64,000 nucleotides of DNA from an uncultured Phycisphaerales bacterium (GTDB taxonomy: Bacteria > Planctomycetota > Phycisphaerae > Tepidisphaerales > Tepidisphaeraceae), in assembly GCA_963755915.1 (NCBI GenBank), contig CAVWLP010000002.1, forward strand, positions 1,376,001-1,440,000. Reading direction: 5' to 3'. Below the pieces are notes generated by a model. It had not been told where the DNA came from. It saw only the letters and a program-made list of their open reading frames with translations, and searched no databases. A program made the translations under genes and the position numbers. Positions 43,086-54,681 of this stretch are shown here, piece by piece (positions within the stretch are counted from its first letter, which is position 1; each line of letters begins with the position of its first letter).

Positions 43086-43141
43086 TTTTTTACTTCTTTG
43101 TGCGTGCTTCCGATGGAGTCGCGGCTAAATAAATTCTCGCT

Positions 43142-44875
43142 TCATCCTTTCGAGCCGACGGCGATCTCCTCGTTCTTGGTCAGTCGCAAAACTTCTTCCG
43201 CGGTCGTGCGCCCCTCGCGCACCAGCCGCCAGCCGTCGTCACGCAAACTCGACATCCCCTCTTCCAGCGCCGTCTTGCGGATGTCGCGCGAGCTGGCGCG
43301 ATCCAGGAGCAGCGCGCGAATTTTGTCGCTGACGGGCATCATCTCGAAAACGCCCTGGCGGCCGCGGTATCCGGTCCCCAGGCAGTTCCGGCAGCCGGCG
43401 CCGCGGAAAAGCGTCGCCGGAACCTGATCGCCGTAATCCGCCCGCAGTTTATCCGTGTCGGACTGCGGCACTTCCGTCTTGCACTTGGAGCAGATAAGCC
43501 GGACCAGCCGCTGGGCGGCCACAAGCTCCAGCGTCGACGCCACCAGGTACGGCTCGATGCCCATGTCCACCAGGCGCGTGGTCGCGCCCGGCGCATCGTT
43601 TGTATGCAAGGTGCTGAAAACCAGGTGCCCGGTCAGCGACGCCTGCACCGCGATCTCCGCCGTCTCCCGGTCGCGGATTTCCCCGATCAGCACCACGTCC
43701 GGATCATGACGCAAAATCGAGCGAAGCCCCGATCCGAACGTCAGCCCCGATTTCGCGTTCACCTGGATCTGGTTGATCCCCCGAAGCTGGTACTCAACCG
43801 GGTCTTCGATCGTGATGATCTTCAGATCGACGTTGTTGATCTTTGAAAGCGCCGCGTAAAGCGTCGTCGTTTTGCCCGAGCCGGTCGGGCCGGTCACGAG
43901 CACAATTCCGTGCGGCAAATCCAGCACCTGCTGCCACACCTTCACCTCGCGCTGGCCCATTCCCAGGTGTTCCATTCCCAGCAGCGCGTCGCCGCGGTCC
44001 AGAATTCGCAGCACCACCGCCTCGCCGTGAATCATCGGGATCACGCTGACGCGCAGGTCGATTTCCCGCCCGGCGACCTTGAGCCGGATGCGCCCGTCCT
44101 GCGGCAGCCGCTTTTCCGCAATGTCCAGATGGCTCAGAATCTTGATGCGCGAAACGATCGCCGCGTGATATTTCTTCACCTGCGCGGGGATATTCGCCTC
44201 CTGCAGCACGCCGTCGATGCGATAGCGCACCCGAAGCTGCTGCTCGAACGGCTCCACGTGAACGTCCGTCGCCCGCAGCTCCAGCGCCTCGGCCATCACC
44301 TGATTCACGAACTTGATGATCGAAGCGTCGTGGGCGGCCGTGGAAAGATCGATATCTTCGTCCGAGGTGTCTTCCAGGACGGTGACGTTTTCATCCTCGC
44401 CCATCGACTGAAGCGTGTCCGCGCCGACGCCGAGATATTTCTTGATATACCGGTCGATATCCGCCGCCGGCGCCACGACCGGATGTAGATCGAGGCCGGT
44501 GGCCAGCCGCAGCTCATCGAGCCCGGCGTTATCGAAGATGCGCGAGGTGAGGATATGAATCCCCTCGCCGTTTCCGTTTTCCCCGTTGCCGTTCTCCCCC
44601 AGCGGCATAAGCTGCCGATCGAGCAGAATCCGCGCCGGGAATTTCGAAAGAAATTCGCGCAACGGCGCCAGCTTCGCCCCATCCTTTTCAAGGTCGATGT
44701 AGGGCACGTCGTAGTAGTCCGCGAGGAATCGAAGGATCTTGTCCTCCGGCACCCCGTTGACGGCCCGCAGCGCATCGTCAAGCGGCTTGCCCGCGGCGGT
44801 GGCATCGCTCACCTGCTGTGCCTTCTCGGCATCCAGCACGCCTTCGGAAACCATCTTGGACAGAACGTTTTTCAC
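43142..44875 (-). CDS. gspE: T2SS ATPase
   Basis: TGPTGSGKTTTLY, EDPVEY, DPDVVLIGEIRD, TLHTND, CxxC pairs. Confidence 0.93.
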   Translation of the reverse strand: MKNVLSKMVSEGVLDAEKAQQVSDATAAGKPLDDALRAVNGVPEDKILRFLADYYDVPYIDLEKDGAKLAPLREFLSKFPARILLDRQLMPLGENGNGENGNGEGIHILTSRIFDNAGLDELRLATGLDLHPVVAPAADIDRYIKKYLGVGADTLQSMGEDENVTVLEDTSDEDIDLSTAAHDASIIKFVNQVMAEALELRATDVHVEPFEQQLRVRYRIDGVLQEANIPAQVKKYHAAIVSRIKILSHLDIAEKRLPQDGRIRLKVAGREIDLRVSVIPMIHGEAVVLRILDRGDALLGMEHLGMGQREVKVWQQVLDLPHGIVLVTGPTGSGKTTTLYAALSKINNVDLKIITIEDPVEYQLRGINQIQVNAKSGLTFGSGLRSILRHDPDVVLIGEIRDRETAEIAVQASLTGHLVFSTLHTNDAPGATTRLVDMGIEPYLVASTLELVAAQRLVRLICSKCKTEVPQSDTDKLRADYGDQVPATLFRGAGCRNCLGTGYRGRQGVFEMMPVSDKIRALLLDRASSRDIRKTALEEGMSSLRDDGWRLVREGRTTAEEVLRLTKNEEIAVGSKG

Positions 44876-44981
44876 TTCAAAATCCTTCGTCCCGAAAATC
44901 CTTCGCTCCGGTGAGCAGGGGCCTGCCAGCAGTTTCCGGCAGGCCCCTCAATTCACCGTTTCAAACCCTTTGTCGCGTACC

Positions 44982-45602
44982 TTAGTCGAGGTAACCCATC
45001 AGCACCATTACAGCTTCCTGACGCTGAGTGAGCACCGACTTGAGGTCCTGCTGTGCAACGACAAGATCCTGCCGCGCCTTCGAACGCGCATCGCGAAGAA
45101 TCTGTAGCTTCCCCTTGATGTCGTCCGGCGAGGCGTTCTGATCGTCCAGCGTTGTCTGAAGGTCCGTCATCGCGGCTTGCACGGCTGAAGGCTGAGTGGT
45201 CGCGCCACCGCCGCCGAATCCACCACCACCACCACCGCCGCCGCGACCGCCAAACATGCGGCCCCTGCCCGGATTGGCGTCGCGCTGATCCTGCATGACG
45301 GCAACGATCTTCGGCTGAATCGCCGCGAATTCATCGTCGCTGGCGCCCAATTGCAGCTGGATGCGCTGCAGCATGCGCTGCTGGAACTGGGCGGGGTCGA
45401 AGTTTCCGCCGCGCCGGCCGAAGCCGCCGTTTCCACCACCACCGCCGCCCCCTCCTCCGCCCCCACCGCCGCCATTACCACCGGCCGCGCCACCGCCTCC
45501 GCCGCCGTTGTCTCCGCCATTGGCCTGGCCCAAAACGGGCAACGTCAGAAGGCACACCAGCAGTGCCGACATCAAAAATCCGAATTTCTTCGGTACCGAC
45601 AT
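44982..45602 (-). CDS. exported Gly-rich helical protein
   Basis: Signal peptide, poly-Gly tracts, LKSVLTQRQEA; GAAAGGAG RBS. Confidence 0.7.
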   Translation of the reverse strand: MSVPKKFGFLMSALLVCLLTLPVLGQANGGDNGGGGGGAAGGNGGGGGGGGGGGGGGNGGFGRRGGNFDPAQFQQRMLQRIQLQLGASDDEFAAIQPKIVAVMQDQRDANPGRGRMFGGRGGGGGGGGFGGGGATTQPSAVQAAMTDLQTTLDDQNASPDDIKGKLQILRDARSKARQDLVVAQQDLKSVLTQRQEAVMVLMGYLD

Positions 45603-45705
45603 AGGGAATCTCCTTTCATTGAATATTGTCTCTCCCCCGGAAAACGTTTCCGATGGGCGATCTTTTTCTTTCGTTCGAACTCTCATCCGTTTCTTTTGTC
45701 CTGTC

Positions 45706-46239
45706 TTAATTCGAGGGCACCGTGCTCGCACTTGGCTGCGTGCCCATGCCCATCGATCCCGATCCGGGTCCATGTCTGTGCCGATTTTGAAACTGCTTCG
45801 TGAGAATGTCCCAGTTTGGTTGCTGGGCCGGCGTTAAAAGCGCCCGGCTGCGTTTGTTGGCGTCCGCAAGGATCGCTTCACGCTGCTTGTCCAGCCCTTC
45901 TCGCTGGGACCGAAAACTCTGGTCGATCTCGTTGTACTTCTCCCGCTGCGCCGGATCGAGCAGGGCCAAAATCGCGTCCTCACGCTTCTTTTCCATCTCC
46001 CACCGCTGTTGCGAGAGCTTTTGCATCTGCTGCCGAGTGTCGCCCCAGATTTTGTCCATCTGCGTCTTCTGGTCGGCGCTGAGGTCGAGCTGGTCGAACC
46101 ACGGACGCGGGCCGCTGGGCATGCCGGGCGCGGGCGATTCCACCTTTTGCAGCGGAGTCCACACCCACCCCAGCACCACACCGGCGCCAAGCGTGAGGAC
46201 GACCGTAATTAAAAGAAGAAACGCTTTTCTTCGTCCCAT
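45706..46239 (-). CDS. Spy/CpxP-like periplasmic protein
   Basis: TM then LDLSADQK...LLDPAQ...LLTPAQ motifs. Confidence 0.7.
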   Translation of the reverse strand: MGRRKAFLLLITVVLTLGAGVVLGWVWTPLQKVESPAPGMPSGPRPWFDQLDLSADQKTQMDKIWGDTRQQMQKLSQQRWEMEKKREDAILALLDPAQREKYNEIDQSFRSQREGLDKQREAILADANKRSRALLTPAQQPNWDILTKQFQNRHRHGPGSGSMGMGTQPSASTVPSN

Positions 46240-46290
46240 ATTTCCGCCGTTCAAACAATCCGGACGATCCGGCCAATTAAGGCCAACGAA

Positions 46291-46779
46291 TCAGGGGTTG
46301 TTATCCCCGCCCCGGCTCGAATCATCCGTCAGATACCACATCGCGGCCGGCGTGGTGGACGCCCCCGTGGAGGAGTCGGATGCTTCCGCAACATCCACAC
46401 CCACCCACGGGGGCGCCGCCGGCGTCGTATTCTCAACCGTTCGGTCCTGCCGCGACCTCATCACCAAAAACGCTGATCCCGCAATCAGCACGCAGGCGGC
46501 GACCGTGTTAAGCACCCGAACAAACCGCATGAGGCCTTCTTCCATCGCCTGCTCGACACGCCGATGCAGACGATGCAGCCCGATCTGAGACAGCTTTGCC
46601 GCCGGATACTCGGCCACAAGCGTCGATAGCGCGCCCAGGCGGGCGAGCTCGGTGCTGCAGGCTGGGCAGACGGGCAGGTGGCGCTGAATTTCCAGCCGGA
46701 GAGCTTCATCAAGCTCGCCGTCGTGGTAAGCGCTCAACTGCTGACTCGTCGGACAGGAGGCCATATTCATTCCATTCAC
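46291..46779 (-). CDS. zinc-binding anti-sigma factor
   Basis: LSAYHDGEL, HLPVCPAC (HxxxCxxC), TM. Confidence 0.88.
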   Translation of the reverse strand: MNGMNMASCPTSQQLSAYHDGELDEALRLEIQRHLPVCPACSTELARLGALSTLVAEYPAAKLSQIGLHRLHRRVEQAMEEGLMRFVRVLNTVAACVLIAGSAFLVMRSRQDRTVENTTPAAPPWVGVDVAEASDSSTGASTTPAAMWYLTDDSSRGGDNNP

Positions 46780-46780
46780 T

Positions 46781-47344
46781 TCAGGGCAAATACGATTTCA
46801 ATTTCTCTTTCAATTCGGCCCGGGCCCTGTGCAGTCGGGATTCAACCGTTCCGCGCGGGACATCGAGCACATCGGCGATCTCTTCATACGTCATCCTCTC
46901 AAACTCTCGCAGCAAAAGGACCTGCTGATGGTCCGCCGAAAGCTGCCGGATGGCGGCCCGAACATCGATCGCCGACTCGGCGCCGCCCGATGGGGCAGCC
47001 ACGGTATCCGGCATCGTCTCGGCCGATCGTCGCGAACGATCTCTTCGCCAGCGGGCCGCCTGGTTCACCAGAATCCGGGTGAGCCAGGTCTTCACCGACG
47101 CGCGGCCCTCAAACGATTTGAGGCCGCGGAACGCGCCGACGAACGTCTCCTGGAGCACGTCCTCGGCGTCGGTGGCGTTGCCGATCAGACTGACGGCCAG
47201 CCGAAACAGGCGCTGGGCGTGGCGATCGACCAGAGCATGGAATGCCGCTGAATCGCCGTCCTCGGCGCGTCGCAAGAGTTTGATGTCATCCGCCTCCGGG
47301 CTAATGTCTGCCACCTGCGGCGTCTCCCTCGAAGGCTTACCCAT
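46781..47344 (-). CDS. ECF RNA polymerase sigma factor
   Basis: DAEDVLQETF, TWLTRI, YEEIA...GTVESRLHRAR. Confidence 0.93.
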   Translation of the reverse strand: MGKPSRETPQVADISPEADDIKLLRRAEDGDSAAFHALVDRHAQRLFRLAVSLIGNATDAEDVLQETFVGAFRGLKSFEGRASVKTWLTRILVNQAARWRRDRSRRSAETMPDTVAAPSGGAESAIDVRAAIRQLSADHQQVLLLREFERMTYEEIADVLDVPRGTVESRLHRARAELKEKLKSYLP

Positions 47345-47761
47345 TGCCGACGGTCAGAATGAAATTCACGCATTCCGAATGCATAGTTCCGGGTAGAATC
47401 GGAATTCTTCCATGGGGAGCGGGATTTTCTGCGAGCCGAAATGTTTTTGGCGCGAACAATACATTACAAAACTTTACAGTCCGCGACAATATGGGTTGTG
47501 TGGGTAGACTGGGCAGTATTTATGGTTATTGGACGTTTTCGTAGAGCCTGCTCCGAAATTCGAAACTCGATGTTCGAAAGGGGGAAGCATGGGGCATTGG
47601 CTCCGTCTAAAAAATAACGGCGAGATATCATTCCATGTCCATGGTTATGGACAATCATCGGCGATCGTGGTTGCCTGAGCAGTCGCTTTACATTCCGATT
47701 CCGCGCGGCCCGTTCTACCTCCTGAGCGTCGCGATCGGATTGGCCGTTACGGTGGCATTTC

Positions 47762-48331
47762 TTGGGTTCTTCTGCGCTGGCGGTGAAAAATCTGCTTGAT
47801 TTCCGCGGCTCGTCGATTCTGGCAGACGTCGCCTCGGCGCTGTGGATCCTGCTCGTATCGGTCGTGACCGGCGGCATGCTCTACGCCAATGGGCCGAAGC
47901 AGGCGGTCGTAAATTTTCTGGGACATTTTTCGCGGAAACATTTTGCGGCATTGGTCCCCACCGGCGAGGGGCAGGGGCGGGTTGGATTTGGGTTTCAGCT
48001 TTTCGGATTGAAGTTTTATCGCCTTCTCGCCGACCTCGCGATGGTCGATTGGTCCAGCGGTCAGGGGAGCCACTTCGCCCGCAAGGATATCGGCGACTGG
48101 GACGTCGCGGTATGGGTGAGCCGGGAGTCCATTCGCGGCACCCGGCCGCCGGGCCTCGGTCATGACGCGATGGTCGTCTATCTCGCGGGATTCTGCCATC
48201 CGCGATCGATCGTTGAAAGCTTTGGGCGGGAGCTGGTGGAGTTTCTTCAGCGGGCGGGGGTGGATTTGCGGGCGGAGGGGGAATCGGGACACAGGTTTAC
48301 GATCGGGCGATCGCCTGCCGAAAAAGTCTGA
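47762..48331 (+). CDS. hypothetical membrane-anchored protein
   Basis: 189-aa ORF with an N-terminal TM; start uncertain. Confidence 0.5.
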   Translation: MGSSALAVKNLLDFRGSSILADVASALWILLVSVVTGGMLYANGPKQAVVNFLGHFSRKHFAALVPTGEGQGRVGFGFQLFGLKFYRLLADLAMVDWSSGQGSHFARKDIGDWDVAVWVSRESIRGTRPPGLGHDAMVVYLAGFCHPRSIVESFGRELVEFLQRAGVDLRAEGESGHRFTIGRSPAEKV

Positions 48332-48360
48332 TCCTAAGATCATTTTCAGGAGTCAAGGTC

Positions 48361-48822
48361 ATGGCTGAACACACGGCAGTAATCCGCTGGGAATTTCGCG
48401 GCGGGGATTTTTTGAAGGGGAAGTATTCGCGCGAGCATACCTGGACGTTTGACGGCGGACTGACGGTCCCGGCAGCGCCGGCGCCGGCAAACGTGCCGGT
48501 GGCGTTTGGGAACCCGGCCAACGTGGATCCGGAAGAGGCGTTCGTGGCGGCGCTTTCAAGCTGCCATATGCTCACCTTTCTGTTCGTGGCCTTTCGCGCG
48601 GGATTTAGCGTGGAGCGCTACGAGGATTCCGCAGTGGGAGTGACGAGCAAAAATGAGCGCGGGGCAAGCTGGGTCAGCGAAGTGACGCTGCGGCCGAAGA
48701 TCGTGTATGGAGCGGAAAAATCGCCGTCGCCGGCTGAGGAGGAGGCGTTGCATCACGCGGCGCACGAACAGTGCATCATCGCGAACTCGGTGAGGACAGA
48801 GGTAAAGGTAATGAAAGGGTAA
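48361..48822 (+). CDS. OsmC-family protein
   Basis: YSREHTWTFDGG, DPEEAFVAALSSCHMLTFL, HEQCIIANSV. Confidence 0.9.
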   Translation: MAEHTAVIRWEFRGGDFLKGKYSREHTWTFDGGLTVPAAPAPANVPVAFGNPANVDPEEAFVAALSSCHMLTFLFVAFRAGFSVERYEDSAVGVTSKNERGASWVSEVTLRPKIVYGAEKSPSPAEEEALHHAAHEQCIIANSVRTEVKVMKG

Positions 48823-49069
48823 AAACGGCGGAATCCTTTCGGGTTTCCGGGATCTTTTATTCTATTTGATGTATGCGGGAATCAAATCGCTCTTTACTAG
48901 AAGATATGGGAAGAAGATTTTTTTCGGTTGCGGTTTGAGTGACGAGTTGGACGCATGGGCTCGTATATCACGGGCGGCTCCGCTGCGGGGGCACATGGCT
49001 TGCCCTGGTTACGGTCGGGGCGTCGTTCAGGTGTTGGGCAGGAGCTTTTCACATCGTCGGGCGCTAAGT

Positions 49070-49672
49070 TCAGGACGGCGTTTCAGGTAAGCCGACAGTC
49101 GGGAGTTGACGAATCGCGGTGATAACCGCATGTGCGCGGTGAAAAAGACGGGACAGGGCATGGCGATTATGTCCGAGGTCCTGGTCGGGGCCCTCGGCGG
49201 TCCAGACGCCCATCGTTGTGAGGAGATAAAATCTGCTGTGTTGAGGATGAGGCAAAGGGTAGCTTTCCGTGAATTGCATTAGTGAAAGGCTTGCAATTGC
49301 GGAATTGACAAACTCGGTTGTCACAGCAGTGACGGACTTGTGGTCGCCCGCGCCGATTACACCGCCGCCCGTACTGAGATAGAGGCTAGTGGTTCCGTCG
49401 AGCAATGCGACGAGCGTTGCCACTGCGCCTTTGTATCCGGATTCCATAAGAGCGCCGATGTTGCCCTCGAATCCGGAAGCTGCTCGTTCGGTTGGGAGAC
49501 GAAGTACCCCGTCGCGTAAGCCGCAATAGACGGGCGCGGGCGAATAGTCGTCGGATGGATGTGTTAGTGAAGGCTGCAAGACTGTTCCATGTAGATATTC
49601 GACCGGGACGACGGAGCTCAGCTCGTTTGCCGGGCGGACGTTTTGGCAACACTTGAGTGAAACGATCGCCAT
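49070..49672 (-). CDS. hypothetical protein
   Basis: Protein-like ORF (LVALLDGTTSLYLSTGGGVIGAG); start uncertain. Confidence 0.55.
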   Translation of the reverse strand: MAIVSLKCCQNVRPANELSSVVPVEYLHGTVLQPSLTHPSDDYSPAPVYCGLRDGVLRLPTERAASGFEGNIGALMESGYKGAVATLVALLDGTTSLYLSTGGGVIGAGDHKSVTAVTTEFVNSAIASLSLMQFTESYPLPHPQHSRFYLLTTMGVWTAEGPDQDLGHNRHALSRLFHRAHAVITAIRQLPTVGLPETPS

Positions 49673-49812
49673 CTGGGCGGTGGCTCAAAGGAGTTTCCCA
49701 GAAGCGCCAAAAATTGGAAAGGGCGGCTTGCCCCTGTGCCGGAGGTGAGGGGATTTCGCTAAGGGTGATTGGCGGAATCAACCGCAGCATGACCATGCTG
49801 TGGCTTTTGGGG

Positions 49813-52313
49813 TCAGGGCAGTGAGATCCGATCGATCACCACGCCCGGATCGACCGCGCTGATTTTCAACGTGTGTTTGCCGGGACTCAGGCCCATGAGC
49901 GGGATTTGCAGGAGCGACTCGTTGTCCTGGACGGTGTTTCTGCGTACCGGGCCATTCTCGTCTTCGGCGCCGGCGGAGCCGGGGACTTCCATCGTTTGCG
50001 GAGGTTGCGTGTCAATGGTTATCGCGACGCGGAGCTTTGTTCCGGGGTAGATGCGGAAAGTGGGGAGGAAGGCGATCTGGGCTTGCAGGTTGGATTCATT
50101 TGTGATTTGGAAACCACACACCAATGCCGGAGCAGCGGTGTCGGAGCTGGCGAAAGGGGTTTGGAGATTTGATGGTTCAAGTGCGACTGCGCGGCCGGAT
50201 TGGCCCAGGCCTTCGATGACTTGCCAGCTGACTTTCGAGGGACCAGAAATAGAAAGCGCGTCGGCGGCATCGCGCCAGGGCAGGGATCGCGGTGGTGGTG
50301 AAGGGTGAGATGGCGTTGGCGGTTCGCCCCACGGCCAGCGGACCTGACTTGACCATTTGGTCAGGTCTTTGTTGGTTTCCAGGCCGGGCATCATAAAGTG
50401 CCATTTACCGCCGGCGAGCTGGGTGTTGTAGTTTTCGACCTGCGATTCGAGATCAGTGCGAAGGACATTAATTGCGGATTGGAAAGGTTCCGGGCCGTTG
50501 CCGTACTGGATCTGGCGATCGGCCATGAAGATTAAACCGGTCTCGGCGAGCACCTGTGCGGGGAAGCCGATGGTTTCGGTATACGCGTCGCGCTGGGCAG
50601 GGGAGATTGAGGCGGCGAGATTCTTCTCGAGGGTGAGGAGGGCCATGTAGTCATGTTCGAGTTTCATGACTTCGTAATTGGGGAGCGAAAGGGCCCAGGC
50701 GCGGTTCATCAGCTCGGGTTTGCGGATGGTGCCGAGGCGATAAAAGTCCATGAGAAGATCGGCGATGGGCTGGGCGGAATTTTCACCGAAGGTTTTGGCG
50801 GCGAAATCTTTGAGGAAGATGGGCTGCGAGTCGGGGCCGAGATTTTGCGGGCTCCAGGCCAGGGCCGCGTAGTAGCTGATGCCGATCTCGGCTGGCTTGA
50901 TGTCGCCGACGTTGACGACCCACAGATTTCCCGCGCCATTTTCCCACGCTTTGTGCAACTCTTCCCACATCAAGGCGGGGGCTGTGGTGTTGATCCAGGT
51001 GTAGGAGTGGGGGGAGCCGTAGTAGGAGATGTGATAGTAGACGCCTGCGCCGCCGGGGCGGGTCCGCTCTTGGGGCGTGCTGAGCCGGCGGATATAGCCG
51101 AAGTTGTCATCCGCCCAGACGAGCGTGACGTCGGGCGGGACCTGGAGGCCCGCGTCATAGATCGGCTGCACTTCTTTATAGGGCACGAAGCACTGGGCGA
51201 CGGGGCCGAATTGTTTGGAGGCATATTCGTCGAGCAATTGCCGTTGGTCGGCGATGACCTGGGTGACGGTTTTGACTCGCGTGGAGATATTTTTGGGGCC
51301 TTCCATCGGAGCATCGTGGATGCCGCGGATGCCCAGGGTCCAGACGGCTTCGTAGGGCCCGCGCGCTTGGGCGGCAGTTTCCCAATAGGTGTGGATGGCG
51401 TCGCGATTTTTGGTGTAGTCCCATGGGCCCTGCGTTTTTTCCTTCCAATGTACGTTGTTGCAGAGCATCGGCTCACAATGCGATGAGCCGGCGACGATCC
51501 CGTAATCGTCGGCGAGCTGAAAGTTTTCGGGGATCGAGCCGAACTCAGTCGTGCACCCGTGCATGGCGGGCCAGATGTAATTGAGGCGCAGGCGAAGGAG
51601 AAGCTCAAAGACTTTCGCGTAGGTTTTGGGGCCGATGTTTCCGAGGGTGGGGTCGAAGGTTTTGCTGGCCCAGGGGTTGATGCCCCAGTCTTCGTCGTTG
51701 ATGAAGATGCCGCGGTATTTGACGGTGGGTGCGTCGGTGTACGGGGTGGGGAGGGAGAGGTAGAGGGCGGATTTTGAGCCGGGGCGACGTCGGCCCACCA
51801 GTACCACGGCGAGACGCCGATGGCCTGGGAGAGGGTGAAGACGCCGAAGGCCGTGCCGCGGCGGTCGCTGCCGGCGATGACCAGGGCGGAGGGGATGTTG
51901 GGGGCGGGGTTGGGAATCACGGCGATGGTGAAGGCTTCCCATTTGTTTTTGATTTTTGAGACGTCGAGTTTGTTGGATCGCGCGAGGGAGTCGATAACAG
52001 AGTTATTGCCCAGGGTGCCGATGAGGATTTCGGGGGATTCCGCCGGTGAGGACACGGCTCGACTGAGCTCGCCGAAGTCCGGCGGCACTTGTGACACGAT
52101 CGGCTTGCGGCCGGTGACGCGCTGAATGTCCTCCGAGAATAAGTTGGCGGCGATCTGGACGACTTTGGCGTCGTGGGGGTCGGTACGGATGGTGGCGAGT
52201 TGGGAGGGGGTGACGAGGGGGAAGGACGTGGGGGATTCGGAAATTGATAGGTCGGCGGCGCGGGCGAGTGTTGCAATGAGGAGAAGAAGGGCGGGAAGGA
52301 GAGTGCGAATCAT
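49813..52313 (-). CDS. glycoside hydrolase family 115 (alpha-glucuronidase-like), frameshift ~51775
   Basis: GSDRRGTAFG, GVSPWYWWAD, KYRGIFINDE, WPAMH, SHCEPM, DDNFGY, NVGDIKP. Confidence 0.9.
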
Positions 52314-52388
52314 GGAGTTTCCGTTGGTTGAACGAGCGCTGGAGTTTAACCGGAAGTGAATTTTTGGTCTGCGCGGAGTGATGTCAGG

Positions 52389-52429
52389 CCCTCACCCCTG
52401 CCCTCTCCCAGAGTACTGGGAGAGGGAGG
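52389..52429. repeat. REP-like element
   Basis: CCCTCACCCCTGCCCTCTCCCAGAGTACTGGGAGAGGG hairpin overlapping the GT stop. Confidence 0.75.
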
Positions 52430-53495
52430 AATTCGCCGCGAAAAGACGGCGATATTGGTTGAGCGTTTTTTGGGAGGAGTAGATGTTTTCGACGGTGTCG
52501 CGGGCGGCGGTGGCGATGGCATTGAATTTGTCCCACGGCGTCATCGTAAGTTCTTCTAGGCGCTGGGCGAGATGGGTCGGGTCATTGGGCCGGAATTTGA
52601 AGCCATTCATATTGTCCTGCACGATGGCGCCAGGCCCGGCGGAATCGGGCACCAAAACGGCGAGATTGGCGGCCATCGCCTCAAGGATTACCAGGCCGAA
52701 GGGTTCTTCAGGGCAGGTGTGGAGGAAAAGGTCGGCGTGGGTCATGTGATTGGGGATGTCGGAACTGTAGCCGGCGAATTGGACGTTGGGATGAGCGGTT
52801 GCGGCGCGGGCCTTGAGGGCGTCGAACTCGCCGCCGGTGCCGTAGATCGTGAAGGTGATTTCGCGGAGCTTCGGCGAGCCGCGGTCGAGGGCGTCAAGGA
52901 CCAGGCCGACGCGTTTCATGGGGTCGATCCGGCAGACGATAATTACGTTGCGAATTCCCAGCACGCCATACGGCGGCCGCTTCGGGGCGGCGGCGATGCG
53001 CTCGGCGGGTAGGGCGTTGGGGATGACTTCGATCAGGTCGGCGCGGGTGCCAAAGTCGATCAATTTTTGTTTGGTCCAATCGGAGACGGCGATGAATTTA
53101 ACGCCGGTGTGGTTGAGCCATTTTTTTCGGCCGTAAGAGTGCAGGTCGCTCGAGCCGCCGTGGACGATCTGGAAATGGTTGATTCGCCGGCGGTAGAGGA
53201 GGTTGAGGGCAAGGCAAACGCCGGAATGCATCACGCCGGTGGCAACGAAGACCATCGAATCATATTTTTTCAGCATCGGCCGGAGTGATTTGGCGAATGC
53301 TTTGGCGCCGCGAAATCGGCACGCTTCGAAGCTGAGCTTTTCGGCTTCATCCATCGCCGGGCCGGGAGGACCGAAGAGGATCGGTTCGAATTCGTCCTTG
53401 AGGCCTACGGAAGTGTCGAGGGCGACGCGCTCGGTGCCGTGAAGCTTGCTGCTGTGCAGGATGTAGAGAAGGGGTGTGCGTGCGGTAGGGGGCAT
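52392..53495 (-). CDS. glycosyltransferase family 4 (paralog 4)
   Basis: LHSSKLHGTER; EPFGLVILEAM (EX7E). Confidence 0.9.
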   Translation of the reverse strand: MPPTARTPLLYILHSSKLHGTERVALDTSVGLKDEFEPILFGPPGPAMDEAEKLSFEACRFRGAKAFAKSLRPMLKKYDSMVFVATGVMHSGVCLALNLLYRRRINHFQIVHGGSSDLHSYGRKKWLNHTGVKFIAVSDWTKQKLIDFGTRADLIEVIPNALPAERIAAAPKRPPYGVLGIRNVIIVCRIDPMKRVGLVLDALDRGSPKLREITFTIYGTGGEFDALKARAATAHPNVQFAGYSSDIPNHMTHADLFLHTCPEEPFGLVILEAMAANLAVLVPDSAGPGAIVQDNMNGFKFRPNDPTHLAQRLEELTMTPWDKFNAIATAARDTVENIYSSQKTLNQYRRLFAANSSLSQYSGRGQG

Positions 53496-53519
53496 CGAAT
53501 GAAAGGCAGATGATAACGA

Positions 53520-54681
53520 TCAATCAGGCGTGAACAATCGGCGGTATTGATTGATCGAGACTTCGCCGGAGAATCGCTCGTCGCACGACTGCCGCGCGGC
53601 CAGGGCAATGCGATTGAGGAGGCTGGCGGGAGCGTTTTTCAGTTCAATCAGCCGCTGGGCAAGATGGGCCGCATCATTGGCGTGAAAGGTGAAACCGGTT
53701 TGATTTTCGGTGACGAGGGTGGCGGTGCCGCCCTGGTCGGGGACGAGGCAAACGAGGTTGAGCTCCATCGCTTCGAGGACGGCCAGGCCGAAGGCTTCGA
53801 CCGGGCACGTGTGCAGCAGCAGGTCGGATTTGGATAAGTGCGCCGAAACATTGTCGACATAGCCCGCGAAATGGACGTTGGGATGGGTCTGGGCGGCGCG
53901 GTCGCGGAGGCGGTCCAGGTCGGGGCCCCAGCCGTAAACGGTGAAATCCAGATCATTCAGCTCGGGGCCGCGGAGATCCAGGGCATCCAGCAGAAGATCG
54001 ACGCGCTTGGGCGGATCGACGCGGGAGACTATGGCTACCGATCGGACGCCGTCGCCGTCATAGCGCGGGCGACGGATCATGGCGTCGAGCTGCGCGGGTC
54101 AGGAAATTGCCCACCACGGCGATCCGATCCGGGCGCACGCCGTGGTGGATCATTCGGTCCCTCGCATACTCGGAGACAGTGATGAAGGTCGTGTCGAAAT
54201 TGTTGAATCGGTGCAGGGTGGCGAGGTCTTTCTGCTCGTTGCCGCCGCCGTGGATCATCTGGATGTTTTGGACCCGCCGGCGATAGAAGACGTTGATCGC
54301 GATGCAGATGGCCGAATAGCGCGGCAGGGTGGAGACGAAAGTGAACGATTCAAATTGCCGCAGGAGCTGGATCAGTAGCTTGATGAGCTGGGGAATCGTT
54401 TGAAATGAGCGGGTTTCGAATCCGAGTTGCCGGGCGGCGTCCAAGGCGGGGCCGCTGGGGCCGATGAAGATGAAATCGAAATCCTTTGCGAGTCCCACGG
54501 CCGTCGCCAAAGCCATGCGCTCGGTGCCATACATTTCACTGCTGTGCAGGGCGTAGACGAGAGTGGGGCGGAGCCGGAGGGATTCTCGCGCCGCATCAGA
54601 CCGGGGCGTAGAGCTTGCGATATCGCCGGAGTGCGGCGTCGGCAGAGTAGTCGGATTGGACCTTAGCAACTGCATTGGCAA
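53520..54681 (-). CDS. glycosyltransferase family 4 (paralog 3), frameshift ~54085
   Basis: LHSSEMYGTER; EAFGLAVLEAM. Confidence 0.85.

Noticed and set aside
49690-49810. Possible riboswitch downstream of GH115
   Set aside because: Only a terminator-like hairpin (CAGCATG-ac-CATGCTG) is evident; no aptamer consensus recognised
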